A stretch of DNA of 63,860 bases, filler included, from Lenisia limosa (Eukaryota > Protista > Breviatea), in the NCBI GenBank assembly GCA_001655205.1. It is 14 parts of 14 records of this genome, joined end to end, with 100 filler letters (N's around TTAATTAATTAA, not from the genome) between each part and the next. Parts side by side here need not be neighbours in the genome. Positions count along the whole stretch, not along the records: positions 34,972 to 36,216 come from LPNZ01002358.1; positions 36,317 to 54,150 come from LPNZ01006389.1; positions 54,251 to 57,383 come from LPNZ01005008.1; 11 more parts are not named here. One strand, 5' to 3'. Below the pieces are notes generated by a model that was given only the letters and a program-made list of their open reading frames with translations, had not been told where the DNA came from and did no database searches. Made by a program: the position numbers and the translations under genes. Numbering within the stretch: position 1 is the first letter of the stretch; the number at the start of each line of letters is the position of its first letter. Positions 36,071 to 54,374 of the stretch are shown piece after piece.

Positions 36071-36829
36071 GAGTCCAAATGCCACTTCAATATATATGTT
36101 GCTTCTCACTTCTTGACTTCTTTCTCTTCTTTCTGCTCTACCTTCTTCACAAGTCGGGTCCTTTTTTCTGTTGAATTAATAAAGGACGAAATGCTAGAGT
36201 AGTCAAGAGGTGTTCANNNNNNNNNNNNNNNNNNNNNNNNNNNNNNNNNNNNNNNNNNNNTTAATTAATTAANNNNNNNNNNNNNNNNNNNNNNNNNNNN
36301 NNNNNNNNNNNNNNNNTTTAACCTGTAAAAACCTTGAAGCACCGATATTCCAAATAAAAGCACCGATTTATCCAAAAGCACTGGTTTTTGTGGACGGGTA
36401 TATATATATCTAAGTTATGATGTAATATATATATTATATGTAGCTATATGTTTTTCTGATATATTTGGCTCACCCCCCAAACCCCATTATGCATACTACA
36501 TCATATGTACGTACATATACTATGTCAGTGGTCACAATTTTTCCAATACTTCCAATCAAAGAAGACGTTTTAAAAAAACAAAAAAAAATCAAAACAATCA
36601 TATTAATGTGGCTTCCTCATACGAATCAACCAGAAGAGGATATTTGTTCAAATCTTGAATTTCAGCTAAATCAAAAAATAATTTTTTCTGCTAATTTCCC
36701 TGTCAAACATCTATTTACCAACAAAAGGAATCATTGTTTCAAAACTAGCTGTATATTTCCCCTGACCCCATACCCCAGTATGTACTAGTATCATATATAT
36801 GATGATGTACATCTATATTTGACGACTAC

Positions 36830-38026
36830 ACGAATGGACTGTGTCCTGTGGCTATTTATTTGTGCATGTTATTATAACGCAGTGTTATTATCCCGAACAA
36901 CTTTCCATGGCTATAAAAGTTGCAACAAGCACGAAACAAGAAAGTTGAAATGGTGATCATGAATTTTTTATCTTGGAAAATACCAAGTAAATATTGTTCT
37001 CTCATCATTTTCCTAAAAGCATAGAATCATTTTTGACAGCGTCGAGAGTAAGGGACTTATCCGAAATTGTCCAGAAAATTCACAGCTTGGCAGGTACAGA
37101 GTCATATCATATCCCCCCCCTCCCCCACATGGTAGAACCCGGAATGAACCTTGCAGTCCTGGCAGTGCNNNNNNNNNNNNNNNNNNNNNNNNNNNNNNNN
37201 NNNNNNNNNNNNNNNNNNNNNNNNNNNNNNNNNNNNNNNNNNNNNNNNNNNGATTGGCCGCCCAGTTCTTCAGCCTATTGTCAATTACATTTCGGGAATA
37301 TCCAAATAAATAAAAAACCTAAGAACTTCAAAGATCGTTTATTTTGATACTGGATCAAACTGAGCACATTCTGATGCTCTAATTTCATCCGCATTATCCG
37401 CGGAATAGGCCGGTTTAAAAAATTAATCAAAACGGCCCCATTTCAAAAGGTACAATACACACAAAAATAAGACGTTCCTGTTATTGTCACCTTATTCTTA
37501 TACGTTTCTATCATCGTCTTCTTCTTGACAATATCATCAGTTCCCCATGGAAATTTATTTAGAATGATATGAAAATACGGAGGGATGGCACTCACAACAA
37601 CAGAACTACCCGTTTTTTTTGTCCGAACTCACTTTGAAGCCACTGTTCCGCGGAATGAGATAACGATAGCATTGAAGTAGGGGCTGAAGCCAACAAATCC
37701 AAACGTTGAGGTCTGGAATGTGTTAGAGAATGAGCAAATTCGCAGTATATCACCGATATTCACGCTAGCACACCTTTTTGTCGAATGATATTTTAGTTAC
37801 AATGAAGTCTGAAGAGGAATTCGTGTTACAGGTTGGACAGTTCCACTGAGTGGGGCTGACATCGCAATATGAAGCTTGAGCAAGATCAAATAGCTCTCTA
37901 GCAAGCACAGGATCAGCCATCGACGAAGCTACCAGTGGAACAAAGAACACCAAACCTGAAAAATGAAACAAGCTGTTAATTCCTACATAATAGGGCGATA
38001 GTAGCAAGTATATTATTTATCCTCAT
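36830..38026 (-). CDS. Secreted class-3 lipase
   Basis: Signal peptide MRINNILATIALLCLVFFVPLVASS; ASYCD...WNCPTC; AIVISFRGT; KLKNWAAN; HCQDCKVHSGFYH; possible TGHS near 36840. The 3' exons are unresolved. Confidence 0.82.
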
Positions 38027-38299
38027 TTTGCAATTAGAGTCAAAAACCCATTAAAAAAATTGGCTTTTTGTACTATTAAGTTATGACTTTGAATCCCCAG
38101 GAAATTTACTAGTATATAAATGCTTGTATGTTTTTTTCATTGGGTAAAAATATATTGAGATATAGAGGCAGTTAATAACACGGGGGAAATAAAACCATTT
38201 TGAATACATCTTTATAATTTTGCCTCCTATCCTTCTGTATCATTGTAAATTGGATAGACACTGGCTGAATCAACATAGTTTTATTTTTAACACTGCAAT

Positions 38300-41200
38300 A
38301 TGGGTGCGTTTATGAGCAAACGCCTCAAATGGCATGACGACGTCCTCGAAATTTGCTCCGAAAATGAGGACATCCTTACTAGCCTGCTTAAGATCACAAC
38401 TGAATTTCCAACTACCAATCCCACGGAGGCTTTGCTCCCCTTTAGCTCTCCCCTTCAGTTTTCTTCTTCGCTAAGGCCTCTCAACTTCACTGCGGTTGAA
38501 AAATTCACAACTACAGATAAAAAGGTTAGTTTCTGCTTGTATTCTGAGTTCTGGTTACCCCCTAGGTCACTTCAGAAGAGACAACCGAGGACGGTTCACC
38601 AGTGTATGTTCTCGAGCAGATCAGCCATGACCTTTGGACAACAACAGTTGCTAACTTCAGTATGTTCTGGCATTTGGTTGAGAAATGGGAAGAATGATTC
38701 CAACTGCTCTCCAAGGATGTATACAGAAAGAGAGAGACACTGTCCATGGCGACATTCTTGACACCTGAATGTGCTTACACCCAGCTTTCACCTCTAGTGA
38801 ACGAAAAAAAAAAAAAATTGTACTCCCTCATATCACAGCAGTTTTTTAATAACTTACGATCAAGGTGCCTTAAAACAACATGTTACCTTCTCCGGGGAAT
38901 CCGCCTTAAAGGAAGCTCACAATGCTGTTCAGGGTTTGGGGCTACGGCGCTGAGCTGAAGAAGTACAGGATTGTTGAACTACCATTGTTAAACCTTTAAT
39001 TGTGATCATTTCATATCGTTTTCAATATCCCAGTCCGCATTTTTAGGATTAGTGGTTCTCGAGCAGTTTAATTCACTCCTCTGACCCCACAGAAAACAAA
39101 GACATGATGAAAACGCTAGTTGGGGTGAGTGTCGAGACTGCACCAGCCCCGGAAGCCGCACTTTCAATGAGCCTTGCTGGTATGTTAGAATACTGCGATT
39201 GCAAGGATTTGATTGCTCCTAGTTTTCTCTGATATTTGCAGATCCAGAGATTCGATCATCACCAATCCTCCCGTTGATCCTGTGTATAAATAACTTGGAC
39301 TTGTCATTGGCCTTCTCAGCTCTGACAACTGCCGAACAGTGGGCGCATTGCTTATGATAGGGGAATGTGAACCGTCTTGGGGCCACTCGACAACATCACA
39401 TTAACCAATGATAGAGCCGGGCCGAAGCTGACTATGCCGCAAGTAAGCGCCGACTTGGAGCTTGCACAAAGTTTTGTCACGGGCGAAGAAGGCGCTGCTC
39501 TCACCGATATTGACTGGGACTCAGCAACGCAGGGTGGGAGTGGGGGGTACCTNNNNNNNNNNNNNNNNNNNNNNNNNNNNNNNNNNNNNNNNNNNNNNNN
39601 NNNNNNNNNNNNNNNNNNATAGACTGTATTGTTAATAATCCACCCCAGGAGTGGACAGTGCTGCTGGCGCGCGTGCGCCATCGTGGCGGCGTGTTCATGG
39701 CGAACTTTGCTTCCTGGTCGCTAACACTGTGGATGCCGGTACCGTATATATCACCGCATCCGAAAAGGGCTATTTCAAAAACAAGGTATTGTTTTTGCTT
39801 GAACTCACTTTTTGGTTTCATTTGTATTCTATACATACATAAAGGTTTTTACCGAAGCTTTGATTCCGAAGTAACTTTGACACTCGCCAGGGTCTTCTGG
39901 AGGCTGGACAGGGCAACAGTCGGCTAGACTACAGTCGGGATGGTGATATTTACCCTTCGCTGAGCGACTTGCTCACCAAAATCTCCCCGGTGAGCAAATT
40001 TATTTCAATTGTATTAGTATTCATGCTCTCTCACTTCCACAAGTGTTCACTTCAGGGTACTCAATTCCTGACTTTTTAGCACTATGCCTCGTCTGTGGAC
40101 AGCATGTCGTACAAATAGTAGGCTCTGCTTTTAATATTAAATATATCATATTGTGGGAGTGATATTTTTCAAAGAAGATTGGTTAATTTGGTTCAAAATC
40201 AGATTTTTACAACTTGAACCATCCAGTATCTACTAGCATATGCGGTTTGTTTATCTTGCACTTGAAGCCAACTTCACCCCACAGTGAACCGCAGTCCTCA
40301 GCGTCAGAAGCAAGTCCGCCCCCTGTCGAGGAGGAAAACCCCCAACAACGCACTCCTAGTCCCCCATCTGAGCCCCCTAAGGTGGGGAACATAGAGCTGG
40401 AGCGTGCCACCATTTTCGTAGAACTTGGTACTTAGTTTGCCTTCTCATTTTCCAGCCCAAGCCCCAGCATTTGAACAGCAGAAAAGTTTTGAACTCGCCT
40501 CGCCAACCTTCAAGAAAATGGTTTGTTCTTTTCGGTTTTCTTTTCTCACAGGCAGGTCGACTCTCTCTGCCAATCAGCCCACCAAACACCAGTCTTCCAC
40601 CCCTAGAAGAGGTGGGGGGACTGTTGTTCTACTGCTCAATGGGAGGAGTATTTACGATTTTTAGACACGTCAGTCTCCCCATCGCGGCCTTCATCGCACA
40701 CCCCAGGTATCTCAGTCCATCGCAGGGTTTATATGGGTGACTCAAGCTCATCAGGTGGGGAGGGTCCGATTTGTTTTTGCAAATAGTACCGCTGAAAAGC
40801 AGAATCATTGATCTGTTGAATATTTTGAGTATTTACGGAATTAGACGAGGAGGAAGAAGATGATGATGAGGATGAGCCCGCCATGGAGCCCGGGGATCTC
40901 CCTCAAGAATACTGGCAGGTTTTCTGGGGTTGCAAGGCGCTGTACAACAGACGGATCTGCCTCGGGTTATTTGCTTCATGTTCGCAACTTCATCTGACTT
41001 CAAAGGTTCAAAAGCTTGTCAAGTTCATTCGCACCGGCAACCAGAACGCCTCCGTCATTGCCCTGTCTTCCCTCCTTGCGTTTGACCTCTCCAGCGGTAC
41101 GGGGCTACTGTCGATCCCATTCGATGACCTCTTCCTGTGTATTCGTTAATGGCCCAGATTTGAACGTGAGAGCACTGCGTGAAGTATCTGGAATGGAACC

Positions 41201-44200
41201 TCTCGTCGAAATGCTCGGAGTGAGGAGGGAGGGGTGAAGCTAACAAGTTCTATGGAAACTGCCTTATACATAAGTTCTGTCACAACTACACCTATTGTAA
41301 CCAGTGCAGAGTAGCGATCCAAAGGTGCGGTACGGCTCCCTCAAGATCCTCAAGGAGGTGGTCAATAGCCCCAAAGTGGGTTTCTTTCTTCATCCTTTTC
41401 GACACATCATATTGCTTTGATCGAAAATATGGAAGTATGATAGGGATTAAGTCTACCCCTTCCACTGAACCAACAGGCCCGTGTTGACCTTGCACGTCTC
41501 GGCGGAATGCAGCAGCTGGTCCGCCTCTTGGACGACCGCACTGAAGAAGTTCGTCTTGCCGTTGCCGAGACCATTGCGAAGGCGGTCAAACTCCGTAGGC
41601 TTACATTTGGCTGGCCATACCCCACTTTTCCACTCACCCCACAGCGTATAACCGACGTGTTGTGAGGCGCACTGGGGGTATTGTGAAGCTGGTTGACATG
41701 CTGCGAGTCCGCGGCCGTGGCGACCGTGTAGATAAGATTTTGTCTCAAGGAAACAAGGTGTGTGTGGCCACCTGTTGCTGGGCACGATGCAAGAGCGGTA
41801 GGGGTTTTGAGGGGGTTTTTTTTGGTTTTTTTTTTTGTAGAACGTCTAGTCTACTAACACCAAGAATCAAGATAACTAATACAATTCATAGCGTGAATTG
41901 CTTGTAATGCTTCAGACGGTGCAAGCAGGCTGCGTTGCGCTCTGGGCTCTTTCAACAAGCCGACGGAACCGTGCTGCCATCAACAAGGCCGGATGCACAC
42001 AGCTGGTAGCCAAGCTGCTTGACTCTTCAAATCAAAAGCTTCTCATGCCCACTCTTGGTCTTATCCTGGCTCTCGCTGAAGATGGTATGGGGAGGCTATT
42101 GCCAAGAGTTGAAAGGCTCAAAGGGGAAACTATCTCTAAAAAAACAAAAAAACATGATGATATGGGTTACTTCAGTCGCTATTTTTCACTTCAGTGAAGT
42201 GGTTGCTTTTTTTACACTCAATAAACTCACGTAATCCTACTTGTGTTCTTTTTTGGCAATAAGACACGCAAACCCCAAAATCATTGCTATAGACGCCCAA
42301 CGGCCTGCTGTTATTGAGGCGGGTATCCCCCGGCTGGTCGTTGCCAAGCTTGCTGGTGCTAAGGTCTGTGAAGCGAACTTGCGTATTAAAAACTGAACAA
42401 ACACCTCGATGAACCCTAGATATGATATGATACTGTATATTGGATATCTTCTCTCTCCCCCCCCCCCTTTTTGTTTTTTGAACCGCCTTCTAGTTTTGAG
42501 TAAGTTAGATACAGTTGTTTACCATTTCAGGAGAAACTGCAAACTGTTTGTGCTGGAGTTCTCTGGAGACTTGTCCATGATTGTAAGTCCCAGACATATC
42601 TAGGTCCAGACATATTTCAGCAAACAGCTATGACCCTATAAATTCTTCAACATTCTTGTGACTCTTTAGCTGTGACTCAGGAAATGGTCCTGAAGTTAGG
42701 TGGAATCGACTCACTTGTCAAAATGCTCAGCATGTTTGAGGGATATCTTATTTTGACGTTGTATTGTGATATTTCATGATTCGGGACACATTCTTTACCA
42801 CTCCAGTGACCTACCTGAAGCCCAAGGCAACGCGGCCGGCGCCCTTGCGAAATGCGCCGAGCACCCCGCGTGTGTGGCCGAACTCAGCTCTCGGGACGTA
42901 GTCAAGACTTTCGTCAAGTGAAGGGGCGTGCTGATCTAGTGATCTATGGGGGAGACCATTTATTATGGTACATCTGAAATGTATTATACTGNNNNNNNNN
43001 NNNNNNNNNNNNNNNNNNNNNNNNNNNNNNNNNNNNNNNNNNNNNNNNNNNNNNNNNNNNNNNNNNNNNNNNNNNNNNNNNNNNNNNNNNNNCATAAACT
43101 CATTGGCTGCTATCACGTCATGTTGCAAGAACTCGGGTTTGAGGGGTGCAGTTGGAACTCGCCAAAGTACTAAATGGGAATCCAAGTTGACGACTGAAGC
43201 CCGTTGTTTTACAACTGGTATTTCTGATCAGATGTCCATTAACCCAACCAGCCCAATCACGCCAGTCCCTCCGTCAGTGCAGCGGAATTCAGCACCTCAT
43301 CACCTTCCTAACCTCGACCAACCAGGAGGTTCTGCGTGAGGCTTGTCATGCCATTGGTGCCGCAGCACTAGACAGTGGGGGGGGGGGGGCTTTAATGTCA
43401 AGCGTACCCACTATGTTAACAGTTATCGCACTATTTTCGTGGTGTTTTACTCTTCAGTTGATAACCTAAATATCATTCTGAAGTTTGACGGAGTCCGTTT
43501 ACTGTGGTCTTTGCTCAAGGCTCAAGACCCTCAGGTTTGAGTTACATCTTTCACCCCCTTCCCCCAACTCATTGCCCCAGGTTGTCGCTGCTGCTGCCTG
43601 GGCCATTTGCCCTTGTATTGCGAACGGTGGGCACTTTTTTCCTCTTTCGGAATGGCATAGGCTATTATTTCATAAACTCTCATGCTTGATAGCATTTTGT
43701 GAAGAGTTTACTGAGGTTAAATCTCTACTCATTGCTGACCTTGCAGCTCCTGATGCCGGAAGTCTTGTTCGCTCTTTCATTGGAGGACTTGAATTGGTGG
43801 TGTCCTTGCTCAAAACGGATCATGTGGAGGTAGGATACCCCCCCCCCCCTGATATCCTTTGTGTTCTTTGCAAATAGTTAGTTATGACAATTTCGCATTT
43901 GGTGTTGACACCCAAGGTCCAAGCGTCGGTTTGCGCTGCATTGGCGCATGTTGCGCGTGACGAAGAGAATTTGGCCGTCATCACTGACCATGGTGCTGTG
44001 TATCTCCTATCTTCCCTTACTCCCACCAATGACGATACCCTCCGCCAGGTACTACACACTAATGACAATATTTGGAATTCCTTGTCTTGCAGGTCTTACT
44101 ATTTAGCCACTTGCGGAAGCCATCTCGTGGTCTTGCGGGTGGGGCAACAACACAACAAGCTTTGGCGAGGCCGGCGCTGTGGCTCCCCTCATTGCCTACC

Positions 44201-44544
44201 TCAACAGCTCCAATCCGGAGGTCCATAGATCTACTGCACGGTTCGCGCTCCTCTCGTATTGTTTTCTCACCCCAGATTCTTGTTAGCAGGAATTGATCTT
44301 GTAGATCACTGTACGCCCTTTCAGCTGACCCCCAAAATTGCGAAGTGATGCACCAAAACAAGGCCGTCCCGGTAGGGGGGTCTATCACGCTTGGGGGCAA
44401 GCAATCGGGAGAATTGAATGCCTTTTCTCCAACATTTGATATTCGCAGCTTCTCCTTCGAATGGTTGGATCATCCGATGCCGAGCTCCAAGAAGCCGCTG
44501 CAGGCTGCCTCGCTAATATCAGAAAGTTCCACCGTTCTTCATAG
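38300..44544 (+). CDS. ODAD2: Outer dynein arm docking complex subunit 2 (armadillo-repeat protein ARMC4/gudu ortholog), about 30 exons
   Basis: Colinear with ARMC4 throughout: [11 protein letters not shown]...LEI; [15 protein letters not shown]; [27 protein letters not shown]; [11 protein letters not shown]; [17 protein letters not shown]; [14 protein letters not shown]; [14 protein letters not shown]. Confidence 0.92.
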
Positions 44545-44689
44545 TTTGTTTTTGTATACTAATTTAATTTTCATTGTCCTGTTTCATTTCGGCTGCAAGC
44601 CTGTCCCCACTTTGGTCATCACAAATGGCTACTACTATTTTACATTAACTTATCTTACCATAATATACACGTGGAAGGGTTCAGCAGGA

Positions 44690-45516
44690 TCATACGAACT
44701 GCACGCCACATCTGGGGGGCCCGTACCAAGGATACACATGGAAGTATCACTAATCAGTCAAATCAAAAGAAAAAACAAGTTTGTTTCTGGATCTTCGTGG
44801 TACAATTCTGCCCTGTCGCAAATGGAAAAAAACTCATAGTATGTGAAAATGTACAGTGAAAATGTACAGTCCTGCCAACCTGAAAGTTGCGATTGTATCT
44901 CCCTGATTCTCATTGAGACTGCACCAGGTGTTTGTCCCTTCAGACTACAAGGATAAGGGGACTGAAAAAAAGAGGGAACAAAAACCATTCAAAGAATAAA
45001 CAACTTTCTACCCCAATCATTTCACTCATATCTAAAACAGCATTGGATGTAAACCACTTACTTTGTCATCCCAAAAGATGGTCATTCCTGTCTCTCTTGA
45101 TTCCAAAAATGCGTCTGAACAATAATAAAAGCAATGGTCATGATCTGATCAAAGTGAAGTGTTAATATTACACGACTCACCTCCTTTGAGGGATGTTTTC
45201 AGGGACTGATAGAAGCCAAGAGGGCAATGACTGTATCTGTGATGAGGATCTGTGACCTGAACCGCCTGGAGGAAAATTAGAATTCTGAAATGTGGAAAGG
45301 ATACTAGGAATGACGATATATCGTGAAATCAATTTGAATATCGATGTGATGAAAAAACCCCACCAACAAGCTCTTGAAATTCGACTCCGAGGGTTTCAGG
45401 CGCAATGGCAGCAATATCGGTCAATGTGGGGATAGTACCGGGGTGGAGAGTGAAATCATCCATCTACGGTTGTGACAATGAGATTCTTGTCTGTCTTTGC
45501 AGTATTAATAAATCGA

Positions 45517-45558
<42 letters not shown>

Positions 45559-46475
45559 CCTGGTAACCTGGAGTTGCATTTATTATTCCAAGCTAATACG
45601 GCAACCCACCCAGTTCGCTGATAAGTGAAGCATTGACGCCAGAGTAACGTGGCCGATCATTGTCCATCCGCCTTGTTCAACTTCATTGTGGCTACGAATA
45701 AGCAAAGTAGGCCCATGGTGATGGATATGAGTTGAAAAGAGCAAAAAAAAAGGGATTATTTTAACAACAACAATAACACAATACAACACAATTTATACAC
45801 TCTTACCAAAAAACAGTTTGGTTATTTGTCAAATTGTATACCCTAAAATATAAGCCTCAAAGACAAGAAAGAGATGGACTGCAAATGGGTACTTCTTAGA
45901 ATAATATTCCGGTTTGAAAGCAATACAACAGCAATGCGGCTTACCCAGAGAGCTGATTGAGTCCCTGAAGCTGTTTGCAAGAATCAAGCTCTGCAGGGGG
46001 GAGACGTGATCGCGCAATTCGATGCGACTGTGATGTTAGTACTATTGTTAAATATACAATATCAACAAATGACAATAGCCCAGTCTACCAATTTGGCAAC
46101 ATAGTCCACCAAAGGCTGCTGGTTGGATTGGACTTCCTCTACAACCTGGGCCACTTTGTTCACTATCTCTTCTTGGAATCCAAGGTTGGCCTTATTTAGA
46201 TTTTCTACCACCTTCTCGAAGCCAGCCTTGATCCGGCTGTCAACCTCGATAGCGAAGTCATTGAGGGTGGCCTGTAAATCCTCCCGAAGCCGGACAAACT
46301 CCCGATTTTCAATATCTAGTCTCTCCTCCAGCCTAAGAAGAGAGTTAAAATACAGTGGGAAGGTTTGCCTACGCTTGCTCAACGCTTTCGAAGGAAAAAC
46401 TGCTCCTGAAACATATCAGCAATACAAATATAAACGAAACTATCCTCATGCTGAAAGGGTTGGCGGTGTGCATTC
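44690..46475 (-). CDS. Hypothetical protein with N-terminal coiled coil, multi-exon
   Basis: Heptad-rich exon LEERLDIENREFVRLREDLQATLNDFAIEV...; downstream GT-AG exons including HNEVEQGGWTMIGHV. Boundaries are approximate. Confidence 0.5.
45525..45553. repeat. (GA)n microsatellite
   Basis: Perfect dinucleotide run. Confidence 0.95.
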
Positions 46476-46668
46476 ATTTTGGTGAAAAGGAGGTATAAAG
46501 TACCACACGTTTACATTTCAACAAATTATACCATCATAATTTCGTCAGTTAAACCAGTTTACTTGTTTGGTGATCTATAGTTAGTTTATTTTATAAAAAA
46601 CCTAAATAATAGATACTAAACAGTTTTTTTTGTGAACTCAATTAGAAGGTCTTTTCGCGTTTCTCACC

Positions 46669-53610
<6,942 letters not shown>

Positions 53611-53984
53611 GCGCTTTAATGTAAATGTTTCTCTTCCAACAGACAATCCCTGGACAGGACCGGCATCATTTGCACTAATGCCATGCTCCTCACTCTGTGT
53701 CAATGTGATGATGTGTTTACCGTTTCCGTTCTCACTATTAAATGAAAAACAAAATATATAATAATGGAAGCAGAATAACATTATTTATTGTAGCCCTCAA
53801 ATTGCCGCTGGGACCAGCCCCCATGGGGTGTATATAATATATTCCTTATACAATGCCAGGTCTCTTCCTTGGGCTTGCGGGGAAGTGTGATTGTGTTTGA
53901 GCTGATTGTGTTTATTGCAATTTCAGAAATCTGCAATCAAGTAGTAAGTGGTGTCACCACGGTCACATATACACATATAGGTAG

Positions 53985-54120
53985 ACGAGAGGAGGTGACA
54001 CCTTAGTAGAGTACACAACATACCTCCTAGAGCACGAGTGTCCCCCCCACATTGTTCAAGAACAAGCTAGGAAGATGGAGATCTCGTTGGACGACTTCCT
54101 CTCCAAAGTAGATGCCATAT
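53985..54120 (+). CDS. Single exon of an unidentified gene at the scaffold end
   Basis: Open frame RGGDTLVEYTTYLLEHECPPHIVQEQARKMEISLDDFLSKVDAI followed by a gtggggggg donor. Confidence 0.4.
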
Positions 54121-54374
54121 GTGGGGGGGACACTCGTGCTCTAGGAGGTANNNNNNNNNNNNNNNNNNNNNNNNNNNNNNNNNNNNNNNNNNNNTTAATT
54201 AATTAANNNNNNNNNNNNNNNNNNNNNNNNNNNNNNNNNNNNNNNNNNNNGGGGGGGGGGGGGTGAAAATGGACAATATATTCAACAAAAACCCCAAAAT
54301 AGAGGCGGGGTGGGGACGAAGGATGGCGTGATTAAATATAATATGATATAAAATGAATATTAGTATACTAACTC

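Noticed and set aside
43852-43860. ATATCCTTT as a U12 AT-AC donor
   Set aside because: It lies inside a normal GT-AG intron whose flanking ODAD2 exons join correctly.
54021-54150. Perfect 32-bp inverted repeat resembling a TIR element
   Set aside because: The left arm is inside a coding-like exon, the right arm starts at a donor G-run complementary to cccccccacat, and the scaffold stops exactly at the arm's end. Most likely a fold-back assembly or library artefact.
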